Assembly: GCA_030641665.1 (NCBI GenBank)
Contig: DAOWHA010000002.1
Span: 1-43,594, forward strand
Direction: 5' to 3'
DNA from: a bacterium
GTDB taxonomy: Bacteria; Patescibacteriota; Patescibacteriia; JAACEG01
DNA: 43,594 bases
Positions 25,202 through 34,718 of the stretch are shown here, piece by piece. Position 1 is the stretch's first letter; every line of letters starts with the position of its first letter. Both the position numbers and the translations under genes were made by a program. Under the pieces are notes generated by a model, which saw nothing but the letters and a program-made list of their open reading frames with translations, did not search any database and was not told the origin of the DNA.

Positions 25202-26614
25202 TTATTTAATAGGTCTATTATATTTTATCATAATTCCAAAAATCAGCCAAAAAAATAAAATTCCAAAATGCATGCTCCACAGCCAATGATCAAAAAACGC
25301 TATTATTAATAATGACAGGAAGGTAAAAAAAATAAAATTCAAATTTTTAAAATTTAAAAGTCTAATCGCTGAAATTAAAGCCGCGCAAAACAACAAAAAA
25401 CCGATTATGCCCAATTCCGCTAAAATAAGCAGATAAACATTATGAACCGGCTGAAAATGCCATGCCGGATATTTTTTATCTATTTTATGATAATTCGCCA
25501 AAGTGTAGTTTCCAACCCCAGTTCCAAGTATTAAATTATCTTTGATTAAATTTTTCGCCTGTTCCGTATAATCCGCCCGCTCTTCCATTGATTTTATTTC
25601 CAGTCGGTCGCTGATTTTAACACGCGCTAAAAACGGCTCTTGAAAAACCGTAAAAAATATTCCTGTTATTCCTGCTGAAATAATAAATATTTTGATTAAA
25701 TTTAAAATTTCATATTTTCGCTTTCTGATTATTTCCAATAAAAAAATAGCCGCCAAACTTATTGTTAGCGCAAGCCAAGCGCTTCGCGAAAAAGAAACTA
25801 ACAGGGCTGAAAATTGCAAACAATACGCCAATAATAATGAAAGGCGGATTAAAAGCGTTTTATAATTTTGCTGAATCCTGTTTTGAATTTTCAAATACAA
25901 GCCTGTTGTAAAAATCAGACAGATTATTAAATATCCTCCTAAAATATTCGGGTGCTGAAAAGACCCATAAGCGCGAAGCCATCGCCGCAGCGGTGTTTGA
26001 ACTACGGAAACGCCTAATTCCTGCGCGTCATAAAAACTCATCCCGAGCCAGCTGCTGGCAAACGACACTTGCTGAAAAAATTGCCACAAAGCCAAACCGC
26101 TCTGCATAACAGCTGCGGCAATAAACGCGATAAACAGCTTTTGCCAGTTGAAGCGAATGTTAAGCAATAAAAAAAACAGTGCGATCGCTTCAGCGATTTT
26201 AACGGCTGAATACAGGGTTAAAATCCCATCCGCTGACCAAAAAATTGACAAAAAAGAAAAAACAATTAGTGATAAAATTAAAATAAATAATTTTATACGC
26301 GATAAAACAGCTTTATTGCGATAACAATGGGATTGCTTCGTCGCATCTCTCTCACTGCGTTCGTTCGCGCTCCTCGCAAAGACAGTTTTTAATATTTTTT
26401 TGTAATTCTCTTTAATCCTCAGCCGTCTATTTACGGCAATAAACAAAACAAAAAGAGTAATCAACAAAATGTCAATCGCATAAAAACAGATTGTCCCGTA
26501 CTCCCATTTTGCCCCGTTTATAAAAACTTCCCGCAATTTATAACTTGTCTGCCAAGGAAGCAAAAAAACGAAAAAATACAATCCGTATTCTAATAATTTT
26601 TGAAGTCTAAACAT
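25202..26614 (-). CDS. O-antigen ligase family (Wzy_C) membrane protein
   Basis: Multiple TM helices; RAYGSFQHPNILGG, SFSRSAW, LGTGVGNY, PVHNVYLLILAELG. Confidence 0.85.
   Translation of the reverse strand: MFRLQKLLEYGLYFFVFLLPWQTSYKLREVFINGAKWEYGTICFYAIDILLITLFVLFIAVNRRLRIKENYKKILKTVFARSANERSERDATKQSHCYRNKAVLSRIKLFILILSLIVFSFLSIFWSADGILTLYSAVKIAEAIALFFLLLNIRFNWQKLFIAFIAAAVMQSGLALWQFFQQVSFASSWLGMSFYDAQELGVSVVQTPLRRWLRAYGSFQHPNILGGYLIICLIFTTGLYLKIQNRIQQNYKTLLIRLSLLLAYCLQFSALLVSFSRSAWLALTISLAAIFLLEIIRKRKYEILNLIKIFIISAGITGIFFTVFQEPFLARVKISDRLEIKSMEERADYTEQAKNLIKDNLILGTGVGNYTLANYHKIDKKYPAWHFQPVHNVYLLILAELGIIGFLLFCAALISAIRLLNFKNLNFIFFTFLSLLIIAFFDHWLWSMHFGILFFWLIFGIMIKYNRPIK
26326..26383. repeat. 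Single arm of the palindromic repeat, in frame inside the O-antigen ligase gene
   Basis: Minus strand GTCTTTGCGAGGAGCGCGAACGAACGCAGTGAGAGAGATGCGACGAAGCAATCCCATTG encodes VFARSANERSERDATKQSH. Confidence 0.85.
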
Positions 26615-27518
26615 ATTTTTTAAAAAATTTATCCCTGTAATGCTCTCTTCTGTCGTTGCTGTGGAATTTTAGCATTTTATCATTGATGATTACCCGCGTA
26701 TCTCTGTTTGCCATTGCGCGCAATTTTGGAGATAAAATTTTTAACTGAATTTTTTTTGCCAATCTTTCTAAAAAATCAAAATTATACAAAAAAGACAGCG
26801 ACGACATAAAAGTAATTCTCTGCTTTTTATCTAAGATTATCGGCTGAAAATTCGGCAAATGTTTTTTTATCCAACTGTTCGCGGATCTGAATTTTTCATA
26901 AATTTTATCTTTATTATAAATCGGAAAAATTGTTGCGAGCCAATAATAAAAATAGATGTCGTTTTTATCTAACGCGATATTTTTCAAATCTAAATTATCC
27001 TCGCTGATAAAAAAAGTCAGGCAAATTTTATCTTTTATATTTTTCTCTGTCGGACGCAATCCGAACAGCTGGCAAATTCCAGCGCAAATCATTCTTGTGA
27101 GCCAAATCCGATTTTTTTTTGTAATAATAAACAGGTCAATATCGCTATTTTTTCTCGCGTTATTGCTCGGCATAAAATTCACAACAGCCGCCATTTTAAT
27201 AAAAGAAAAAATAGTAAATATCCTGATTGCGAATTTCGCTTTTCTAAATTTTTTAATGCTTTGCGAATTTCGCTTTTCGCGGATTTTAATAATCTCCTTG
27301 CGTCCGCGCAAAAAATAAAAGTTATTTTTCTTTTCTATTTTATCGCTTAAAATTCCGCTTGCTAAAATTTTTTTAATATTTTCTAAACCGCAATCATCGC
27401 TGTTAAATCCGTCTTGAAAATAACAAAATCGCCAAATCTCATTTTCCGTAAGCGGATAATCAAACAGATCAAAAAAAACAACAGACGAAATTATCGCTTT
27501 TTGTAAAACTATTGACAT
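26607..27518 (-). CDS. Pol-beta-like nucleotidyltransferase-family protein
   Basis: FDLFDYPLT N-terminus; NNARKNSDIDLFII; KICLTFFISED. Confidence 0.6.
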   Translation of the reverse strand: MSIVLQKAIISSVVFFDLFDYPLTENEIWRFCYFQDGFNSDDCGLENIKKILASGILSDKIEKKNNFYFLRGRKEIIKIREKRNSQSIKKFRKAKFAIRIFTIFSFIKMAAVVNFMPSNNARKNSDIDLFIITKKNRIWLTRMICAGICQLFGLRPTEKNIKDKICLTFFISEDNLDLKNIALDKNDIYFYYWLATIFPIYNKDKIYEKFRSANSWIKKHLPNFQPIILDKKQRITFMSSLSFLYNFDFLERLAKKIQLKILSPKLRAMANRDTRVIINDKMLKFHSNDRREHYRDKFFKKYV

Positions 27519-27680
27519 ATTTTTTATTTATAGTTTAATAATCATATACCTCCCAAGCAACGGAGGTTCAGGTATTAACCTCTCCTATGCGCGAGGAGAG
27601 AACCCCCATATCTACACAGCAATTAGTAGCCAAAAAACGGGCGAAAAGGCGAAAGATGTAGATATTGGGGGATTTTTTTT
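27512..27680 (+). ncRNA. Putative small-RNA (or 24-aa peptide) unit 4
   Basis: TTGACA-16-TTTAAT; hairpins 27548-67 and 27580-600; terminal stem 27603-16/27657-71 plus U-run; ORF 27587-27661 MREERTPISTQQLVAKKRAKRRKM. Confidence 0.4.
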
Positions 27681-27692
27681 GAAAAATAAACT

Positions 27693-27858
27693 GTCTTTGC
27701 GAGGAGCTGAATAAGCGTAGCGAGTGAGGCGCGACGAAGCAATCTCGTTAATAGACAAACAAAATTATAATTATAGATTTGTTCGCTTAGTAATGGGATT
27801 GCTTCGCTCCGTTGCACTCCGCTCGCAAAGACAGAATATTATAATTCCTCGCAAAGAC
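27693..27858. repeat. Palindromic REP/RPE-like element, copy F (27693-27832), plus a duplicated right end (27847-27858)
   Basis: Same termini; extra CCTCGCAAAGAC 14 nt downstream. Confidence 0.9.
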
Positions 27859-27893
27859 AGAAATAAAAAAACTCCGCTAATAAAAAAATTGAT

Positions 27894-28937
27894 TTATTCC
27901 GCCTTCGGTCTGTCTATTTCCAGCGCTTCTACTTTCGGCTCGCCGCCTGCTATTTTCACAACATCCTTGTCAACCTTTTTAAATTCTTTATACGCGCTGT
28001 TATAATGGCTCACAGTCACGCCCAAACTGTTCCCCATCTTTTTCATATAATCCTCGTAGCTTTTAAGATGCCTTCCTAAAAATTCAACTCTTTTCCTAAT
28101 CTCTTTCGCGCCCTCTTCTATCTGAAGCGCGTTCAGCCCTTGCAAGACCATCTGCAGATAAGCGTAAAAAGAGGTTGGGGAGGTAATCACAACATGCTTG
28201 TCGCGAAAAGCGTATTCAATCAAATCGCGCGTGTTCACTTTAACCGCGCCGACTTGATTGACTAACAGATCATAATAAATTCCTTCGGCTGGAATAAACA
28301 TAAAGGCGAAATCCATTGTATTTTTATGCGGCTTGATATATTTGGCTGTTTCGTCAATCCTCTTTTTTAGATCCAGCTTAAACTCTTTTTCAAGTTTTTC
28401 CCGCTGTGTTTTGTCTTTTTCAGCCACGATGCGGTTGTAATTTTCTAAAGAAAATTTTGAATCTATCGGGATTATTTTATCCTTTACGAATACCGCGGCA
28501 TCGACAATATCGCCGTCGCCAAAATCATATTGCATTTTATAAGTCGCTGGCGGCAGAACATTTTTTAAAATCAGTTCCAATTGATACTCGCCAAAAATCC
28601 CGCGCTGCTTTGGATTTTTCAAAATATCCTCTAAATTCCTCAATGGCGCTTTTAAATCTAAAACCTGCTTTGAGGTGTCGTCAAGTTTTGTCAGTTTTTC
28701 AGTAATATCTGTAATGATTTTAGCGCTCTGATTAAACTGCCCTTGCATCATTTTTGTTGATTCGTTAAGGCGGCTGTCTAAAACTTTGCTAATTTCGTTT
28801 ATCTGATTTTGTAAAAGCGTCAAGCTTTGGTCGTCTTTTTTGCTTTCATTCAACTCTTTAAATTTTTTATTAAAAAAATAAAAAACAGCGGCAAAACCGA
28901 CGACTAAAACTAAAATTAAAACTATTTGATTATCCAT
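27894..28937 (-). CDS. rmuC: DNA recombination protein RmuC
   Basis: NPKQRGIFGEYQLE, IPIDSKFSLENY, FAFMFIPAEGIY, TSPTSF. Confidence 0.9.
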   Translation of the reverse strand: MDNQIVLILVLVVGFAAVFYFFNKKFKELNESKKDDQSLTLLQNQINEISKVLDSRLNESTKMMQGQFNQSAKIITDITEKLTKLDDTSKQVLDLKAPLRNLEDILKNPKQRGIFGEYQLELILKNVLPPATYKMQYDFGDGDIVDAAVFVKDKIIPIDSKFSLENYNRIVAEKDKTQREKLEKEFKLDLKKRIDETAKYIKPHKNTMDFAFMFIPAEGIYYDLLVNQVGAVKVNTRDLIEYAFRDKHVVITSPTSFYAYLQMVLQGLNALQIEEGAKEIRKRVEFLGRHLKSYEDYMKKMGNSLGVTVSHYNSAYKEFKKVDKDVVKIAGGEPKVEALEIDRPKAE

Positions 28938-29286
28938 ATTTTAAAATTTAAAAACTAAAAATGAAAAAATAAAAACAACATTTAAAAATTAAAATGTATT
29001 ATTTTTAATTTTATAAGAAAACCATGAATAAAGCAAATTTTCCTTTACAAAAACGATATAATATGCTTAAATTACTATAAAAAAATGAAAACAAAAAAAG
29101 GGGGGTGGGAATGAAAAAAAATGAAAAAAAAAGATAGAAGATCAAAAAGAAAAAGAAGATCAAAAAAAAGAAAATCAACTGCTGATAGAATTTTATCAGT
29201 TACAATTTTTTCATTTTTATTAAAAAAAGGGGGGTAATATGATCACGATATAAAAACCCGACGGATAAATAACGCTTCCGTCGGGT

Positions 29287-30012
29287 TTATCTTTTAATTT
29301 TTGCTAATATAATGACAAACTCGCCTTTTTGGGCTTTATTGCTCTCTTTTATCTCTTTTAATATATCATTTACATCGCCGCGATAGATAATTTCGTGCAT
29401 TTTTGTAATTTCACGGCAGACTATTATTTTAAGATTAAAATCTTTGTCGTCTTGTTTTTTCCGTTCAATCAATAAATTCAGTTCCTCTAAAAATTTAATA
29501 ATTCTATGCTTGGATTCATAAACAACTGCTGTAATCTCGCTGCTTATAATTTTTACTAAAAATTTCTGCCTCCCTTTTTTGTGCGGCGGAAAACCCAAAA
29601 AAACAAACTTGTCGGCGTGAACGCCAGCGATAGATAGTGCTGCAATAATCGCTGACGGTCCTGGAATCGGCTCTATTTTTATCTCTCTGCCAAATCTGTT
29701 TACTGCGGCTTCAACTAATTTTCCGCCAGGATCTGATATTACTGGCGTGCCAGCGTCTGAAACTAACGCTAAATTCCTACCTTGCGACAGAAGGTCCAAA
29801 ATATAATTTATTTTTTTCAGATCAGAATGCTGATGGCAAGAAATAGTTGAAGTCTTGATTTCATAACGAGACAACAGTTTGCCAGTAACACGAGTATCTT
29901 CACACAAAACAAAATCAGCCCTTTTTAAAATTTTAAGGGCTCTTAAAGTTATGTCTTCTAAATTTCCTATTGGCGTCGCGACAACATATAAAATTCCGAT
30001 TTTGCCGTCCAT
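29287..30012 (-). CDS. rsmI: 16S rRNA C1402 2'-O-methyltransferase
   Basis: LYVVATPIGNLEDITLRAL, CEDTR, VSDAGTPVISDPG, REITKMHE. Confidence 0.95.
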   Translation of the reverse strand: MDGKIGILYVVATPIGNLEDITLRALKILKRADFVLCEDTRVTGKLLSRYEIKTSTISCHQHSDLKKINYILDLLSQGRNLALVSDAGTPVISDPGGKLVEAAVNRFGREIKIEPIPGPSAIIAALSIAGVHADKFVFLGFPPHKKGRQKFLVKIISSEITAVVYESKHRIIKFLEELNLLIERKKQDDKDFNLKIIVCREITKMHEIIYRGDVNDILKEIKESNKAQKGEFVIILAKIKR

Positions 30013-30017
30013 CTATT

Positions 30018-30308
30018 TTAATTTTTAACGCTATCTTTAATAACGCTCACGATTTTTGTCTTTTTAAAGCTTCCGTCGTATTTTTTAAGCGTTTTTGTGA
30101 AAAATTTTACTTTCCCTTCAATAACGGAAAAAATCGTATGGTCTTTGCCAAGCATAACATTTTCTCCAAGATGAAATTTTGTTCCGCGCTGGCGTATAAT
30201 AATAGATCCTGATTTCGCAAACTGCCCGTCATGCAACTTAACGCCTAATCGCTGCGATGCTGAATCGCGAAGATTACTCGCGGTTCCGCCCGCTTTTCTA
30301 TGAGCCAT
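30018..30308 (-). CDS. rpmA: 50S ribosomal protein L27
   Basis: [28 protein letters not shown]. Confidence 0.97.
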   Translation of the reverse strand: MAHRKAGGTASNLRDSASQRLGVKLHDGQFAKSGSIIIRQRGTKFHLGENVMLGKDHTIFSVIEGKVKFFTKTLKKYDGSFKKTKIVSVIKDSVKN

Positions 30309-30410
30309 ATATTTTTATATTAAAATTAATTTGATGCTTAATTATTATAAACATAACAAATATTCCAATTTTGTCAACTCACCCATCAAATCCGATGAGT
30401 ATTTTATTAG

Positions 30411-30482
30411 TAGCCCTAAGGGGAATTGAACCCCTGTTTCCAGGATGAAAACCTGATGTCCTAACCACTAGACGATAGGGCC
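30411..30482 (-). tRNA. tRNA-Glu(TTC)
   Basis: GGCCCTA/TAGGGCT acceptor stem, TT-TTC-AT anticodon loop, GGTTCAATTCC. Confidence 0.95.
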
Positions 30483-30603
30483 AAAATATTTTCCAGTCTT
30501 TTTAGCAAATTTTCTTTTTTGCATGAATTACGCTTTAATTCATATTCTCTTTAAATAAGATTACTTTATGGCATAAATCACTATTTGTCAATATTAAACC
30601 TAT

Positions 30604-30764
30604 TAGACTTGTTGCGTAATAACTTTTTACTGCGATTTACATATTTTGGTCAAATTTTCCAAAAATTTTAACGCCTATATGTCTATATAAACTTATAAAA
30701 TTTTTGAAAAATTTGCCACAAAATCTAAAAATCTCGCTACAAAATTTATTACGCAACAAGTCTA
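30604..30764. mobile_element. MITE-like element (161 bp) with perfect 19-bp terminal inverted repeats
   Basis: TAGACTTGTTGCGTAATAA 30604-22 is the reverse complement of 30746-64; interior also partly palindromic; no ORF. Confidence 0.6.
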
Positions 30765-30777
30765 TTAAAAATAATAA

Positions 30778-31443
30778 TCATAAAATCTTTTTAAATATTA
30801 AGTCTTTAATAATAGTAAATCCATCGGAAAATTTTTGCCCGTACTTATTATAGATAATTTTTATCGGAACTTCCTGATATTTTAATCCTTTCTTTTTAAT
30901 TTCTGATATTATTTCCGTGGCGTGCGCCATTCTGTCCTGCGTAATTCTAATTTTTCTCGCGGCATCAGCGGAAAATGCCCTTAACCCGTTATGTGCGTCG
31001 CTCAACTTTAAACCTGTAAAAAACCTATTAAACATTATGGCGGGCTTTAAAATAAAATATTTTTTAGTAAACGGAATTTTATTGCTGTCATCTAAAAATC
31101 TTGACCCCAGCGCGGCATCAGCACTGCCGAGCATTATCGGTTCAATTAATTTATCTATATCTTCAGCGCGATGCTGTCCGTCAGCGTCAAAATGAACTAT
31201 GATATCCGCTCTGTTTTTTAAAGCATATTCGTTTCCTGTCTGCAGGGCGGCTCCTTGTCCGCGATTGACAATGTGGCGCAAAACAGCAACGCCTGTTTTT
31301 CGCGCCTCTTGAAATGTGCCGTCTTGCGAGCAATCATCAATTACGGCTAATTCCGCGCGAGGCATTCTGTTTTTAAGATTATTAATAACTGCTGCTATAT
31401 TTTTTTCCTCATTAAACGCTGGAATAATAATAAAAATTCTCAT
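30778..31443 (-). CDS. Glycosyltransferase family 2 (DPM-synthase-like)
   Basis: IIIPAFNEE, VIDDCSQD, NRGQGAAL, HFDADGQH; start trimmed to MRIFIIIP at 31443. Confidence 0.9.
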   Translation of the reverse strand: MRIFIIIPAFNEEKNIAAVINNLKNRMPRAELAVIDDCSQDGTFQEARKTGVAVLRHIVNRGQGAALQTGNEYALKNRADIIVHFDADGQHRAEDIDKLIEPIMLGSADAALGSRFLDDSNKIPFTKKYFILKPAIMFNRFFTGLKLSDAHNGLRAFSADAARKIRITQDRMAHATEIISEIKKKGLKYQEVPIKIIYNKYGQKFSDGFTIIKDLIFKKIL

Positions 31444-31665
31444 ATAAATTAGATCTACCGCATAATAAATTGCCCCGTTATCCAACGGGATAAACTCCGC
31501 GAGATTTTCAGATTTTGAGGCATAATTTTTCAAACAATTTTCGTAGAGACGGGTTTCAAACCCCTCACTACAAATATATAGGCGTTATCCCCCTCTCGCG
31601 AGAAAGGGGATGGAAAATTTGACCAAAATATGTAAATCGCAGTAGTAAATTATTATGCAGTAGGT

Positions 31666-32697
31666 CTATTGATCTGCTTTTCGCGGACGATTATTAAACC
31701 CTAATAAAGATTTACTCACTTTTAGATAACTGATAGTTTTATCTAATCCTGCTTCCAACAAAACAACTGGCTCCCACCCTAAATGATCTTTTGCGTATTC
31801 TATATTAGGAATATGCGAAATATGCGCTCCTTTTTCCCGCTGCTTAAAAACAATCTGGGATTTTGAATCTGTGCTGGAGATCACTTTCTTGGCAACTTTA
31901 ATAATTGGCAAATCCTCGGGGTTTCCTAAATTAATGGGGCCAAATTCATTAGATTTCATCATTTTAATTATTCCATTAACTAAATCATCAATATAGCAAT
32001 AAGAATTTCTTACATTTTGGTCTCCTTCAATAATAATATCCTTGTCCTCCATTGCCTGAGCGACAAAACTGGAAATCGTCCTCCCGTCTGTCAATTTCAT
32101 CCTTGGACCGTAAGTAGTAAACGCTCTAAGAATTTTAGCATCCAAATCGTATTGGTTTCTGTAATTATAAACAAGACTTTCTCCAAATCTTTTTCCTTCA
32201 AGATAACAATTATGATAACCGAGCGGATCCGATTGTCCGACATAACTTTCTTTCAGTTCCTCGCCAGGCATTGCTTTGCCGTAAATAACCGAACTTGATA
32301 AAAACAAAAATTTAGCTTTATATTTTAACGCCAAATCTAACATTGCCTTAGTGCCTATTGAACTTGTTAATAAAACATCCACGCCTAATTCATTAAACTT
32401 GCTTGGAGACGCCGGACATGCCAAATGATAAATTTCCTGCAGCCCTTGCCACCTGAATTTGAATTTTTTCAATTCAGGCAATTTCTCCAAATCTATCGGA
32501 ATATTAATATCATGCTTAATAAATTCAAAGTTCGGATGCCGTAATAAAAAATCTATATTTTTTTCTTTTCCTGTTGAAAAATTATCAATACAGATAACTT
32601 TGTTTTCTTTTACTAAATGATCGCACAGATGCGAGCCGATAAAACCAGCTCCGCCCGTTACTAAAATAATTTTTTGCTTAAAAGTTTGTTTTAACAT
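31666..32697 (-). CDS. NAD-dependent epimerase/dehydratase (UDP-glucuronate decarboxylase-like)
   Basis: LVTGGAGFIGSHL, YHLACPASP, YLEGKR, TYGPRM, CYIDDLV. Confidence 0.88.
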   Translation of the reverse strand: MLKQTFKQKIILVTGGAGFIGSHLCDHLVKENKVICIDNFSTGKEKNIDFLLRHPNFEFIKHDINIPIDLEKLPELKKFKFRWQGLQEIYHLACPASPSKFNELGVDVLLTSSIGTKAMLDLALKYKAKFLFLSSSVIYGKAMPGEELKESYVGQSDPLGYHNCYLEGKRFGESLVYNYRNQYDLDAKILRAFTTYGPRMKLTDGRTISSFVAQAMEDKDIIIEGDQNVRNSYCYIDDLVNGIIKMMKSNEFGPINLGNPEDLPIIKVAKKVISSTDSKSQIVFKQREKGAHISHIPNIEYAKDHLGWEPVVLLEAGLDKTISYLKVSKSLLGFNNRPRKADQ

Positions 32698-33032
32698 AAA
32701 TTTTAAAATTATAACTATAAATTAACATTAAACTCTTTAACGATTCTTGTTATAGCATATATCAAATTTTAATTTCTCCTATATTGCCTTTGTTTACAAA
32801 TACTATTTAAAAAATCAATATTTAAATTTATTTAATCTATAATCATATTAACAAAAAATAATCGCTTCGTAAATAAAAAAACTGGAAGTTCTTGGTAATT
32901 CCCGCTAAAAATTAAATTAATATCTCTTAAAAATTATTAGTGAAATCAAACGCTCTGAGTTAAAATAAACGAATTTTAAACTAAAAAACCGCCCTGTTTT
33001 TAGGGCGATTTTTTATTCTTTCCGATATATAT

Positions 33033-34481
33033 CTATAAAGATGATGTATCAAAATATTGCTCTGTGCTAGTGCTGATGGCAATATTATTTGATTTGTCCT
33101 CTGCTTCAATTATGAAAAAATACCTAGTTGATGTAGCCATGCCAGTCAACTCTACTGATTGAGAAGGCAAAAAACTATCGGCAGGAATAACTTCTATGAT
33201 TCCTGGATCTAAAATCGTATCTATTGATCCAGTCGCGTAACCAACTCTGCCTATAGCATCTTCATCTGTTTCCCAGCTAATCGTAGCTGTTGAAGAACTT
33301 GTACTAGTTGAAATTTCAGAAATAACAGGGGCGGTAATGTCTGGCAATTCTAATGTAGTAAAGGTCTCTTCGCCTGATACTGCCTGATTATAACTATCAT
33401 CCGTTGACTTAACAATATAGTGATAAGTAGTTTCAGGCGTAAGACCTTCAAGGACAATCGCGTGAGATGTAGCCATGGTATTATTTATCTCTGTAGTTGT
33501 CGCAGTTGTTGTTGAAATGCTTTCTAAAGCATATACCATCTCGCTATTGCTGGCTTCATCTGTTGTCCAACTGATTGTGGCTGTGGAAGTGCTCGTATCT
33601 GCTGAAATTCCAGAAATATTTGGGGCTATAGTGTCCGGCGTTTCGCCATTATCGCCTTCGCAAGATCCAATATAGTCACCATTCTTTATATGAGCCCTTA
33701 AAGCAGACACACTAATTGTAATGGTGTGGGCATTAGCCGGATTTCCTTTTGGAATATGGCAAATTGTTACTTTCTTACTAAGATTATTATTTGCTGTGTC
33801 AAGGCATTGATCTATATAATCATCGCCAATATTATCTTTTACCATATTTCGGCGCTGCAGTCTTTTTTGAATCTTATTAATTGTTCCTTTTAAATTGCCG
33901 CAAAGTTTTTGATTTGCAGTTTGAATTTCACTTCTTATCTGCTTTTTAGCTTTTAGCCCTAAATTACAACTGATAGAATCCGTCTCCCATTCCTCGTTTT
34001 CTATCTCATATTCGGACTCACTTTCAATAGGATCGCCTATATTATAATTTGTAAAAAGTGAATTATCCACATCATCCACTAATAAACTCCAATTTTTTCC
34101 ATACAAGAATTGCGCCAAAGCCTCTGTTTTTATCCAGCGCAATGAACCATTATTGCTAACTGCGTAGACTTTTGGATCAGTCTGAATTTTTACCATTAAA
34201 ACTCCTGGCTTATAACGCACATTGCCGCCTAAATGATAAAGGGCTAACTCGTCATCATCAATTTCTACCACATTGCTGAAATCATCAAACCAACTGTAAA
34301 AAGTGCTGCTGTTTGGAAAAACATAGCGTTTATTATTTTCAGCGTAATAATAAACTGTTTGGCTGTTTTTTCCCTTAATTAGCATTCCTGCTGAAAGATC
34401 GGTTTTTGATGAAGTATTTGCTACTCCAACTGTAGTAAAAACTAAACTAAAAGCGAAAAATGTAAAAATTAATTTTTTCAT
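33033..34481 (-). CDS. Secreted protein: S-layer-type N-domain, KVTICH module, FN3-like repeats
   Basis: Signal peptide; GMLIKG..VYYYAENNKRYVFP; KVTICHIPKGNPANAHTITI; ATISWTTDE-type repeats. Confidence 0.7.
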   Translation of the reverse strand: MKKLIFTFFAFSLVFTTVGVANTSSKTDLSAGMLIKGKNSQTVYYYAENNKRYVFPNSSTFYSWFDDFSNVVEIDDDELALYHLGGNVRYKPGVLMVKIQTDPKVYAVSNNGSLRWIKTEALAQFLYGKNWSLLVDDVDNSLFTNYNIGDPIESESEYEIENEEWETDSISCNLGLKAKKQIRSEIQTANQKLCGNLKGTINKIQKRLQRRNMVKDNIGDDYIDQCLDTANNNLSKKVTICHIPKGNPANAHTITISVSALRAHIKNGDYIGSCEGDNGETPDTIAPNISGISADTSTSTATISWTTDEASNSEMVYALESISTTTATTTEINNTMATSHAIVLEGLTPETTYHYIVKSTDDSYNQAVSGEETFTTLELPDITAPVISEISTSTSSSTATISWETDEDAIGRVGYATGSIDTILDPGIIEVIPADSFLPSQSVELTGMATSTRYFFIIEAEDKSNNIAISTSTEQYFDTSSL

Positions 34482-34629
34482 ACTTTTACTATTTTAATTA
34501 AATTAAATATATTTTCATTTTACAACTTTTATTTTTAAATTGCAAGCAAAAAACCTTAAATATTTGCTTTTAAAAAATAATTAAATAATAATCCGAAATC
34601 CGACATCTGAAATCCGATGTCCGAAATAG

Positions 34630-34713
34630 CGGAGAGTGCGAGATTCGAACTCGCGTGGGGATTAACCCGCTTGCTTTCCAAGCAAGTGCCATAGGCCTCT
34701 AGGCGAACTCTCC
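34630..34713 (-). tRNA. tRNA-Ser(GGA)
   Basis: GGAGAGT/ACTCTCC acceptor stem, TT-GGA-AA anticodon loop, long variable arm, GAGTTCGAATCTC. Confidence 0.93.
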
Positions 34714-34718
34714 AAAAT

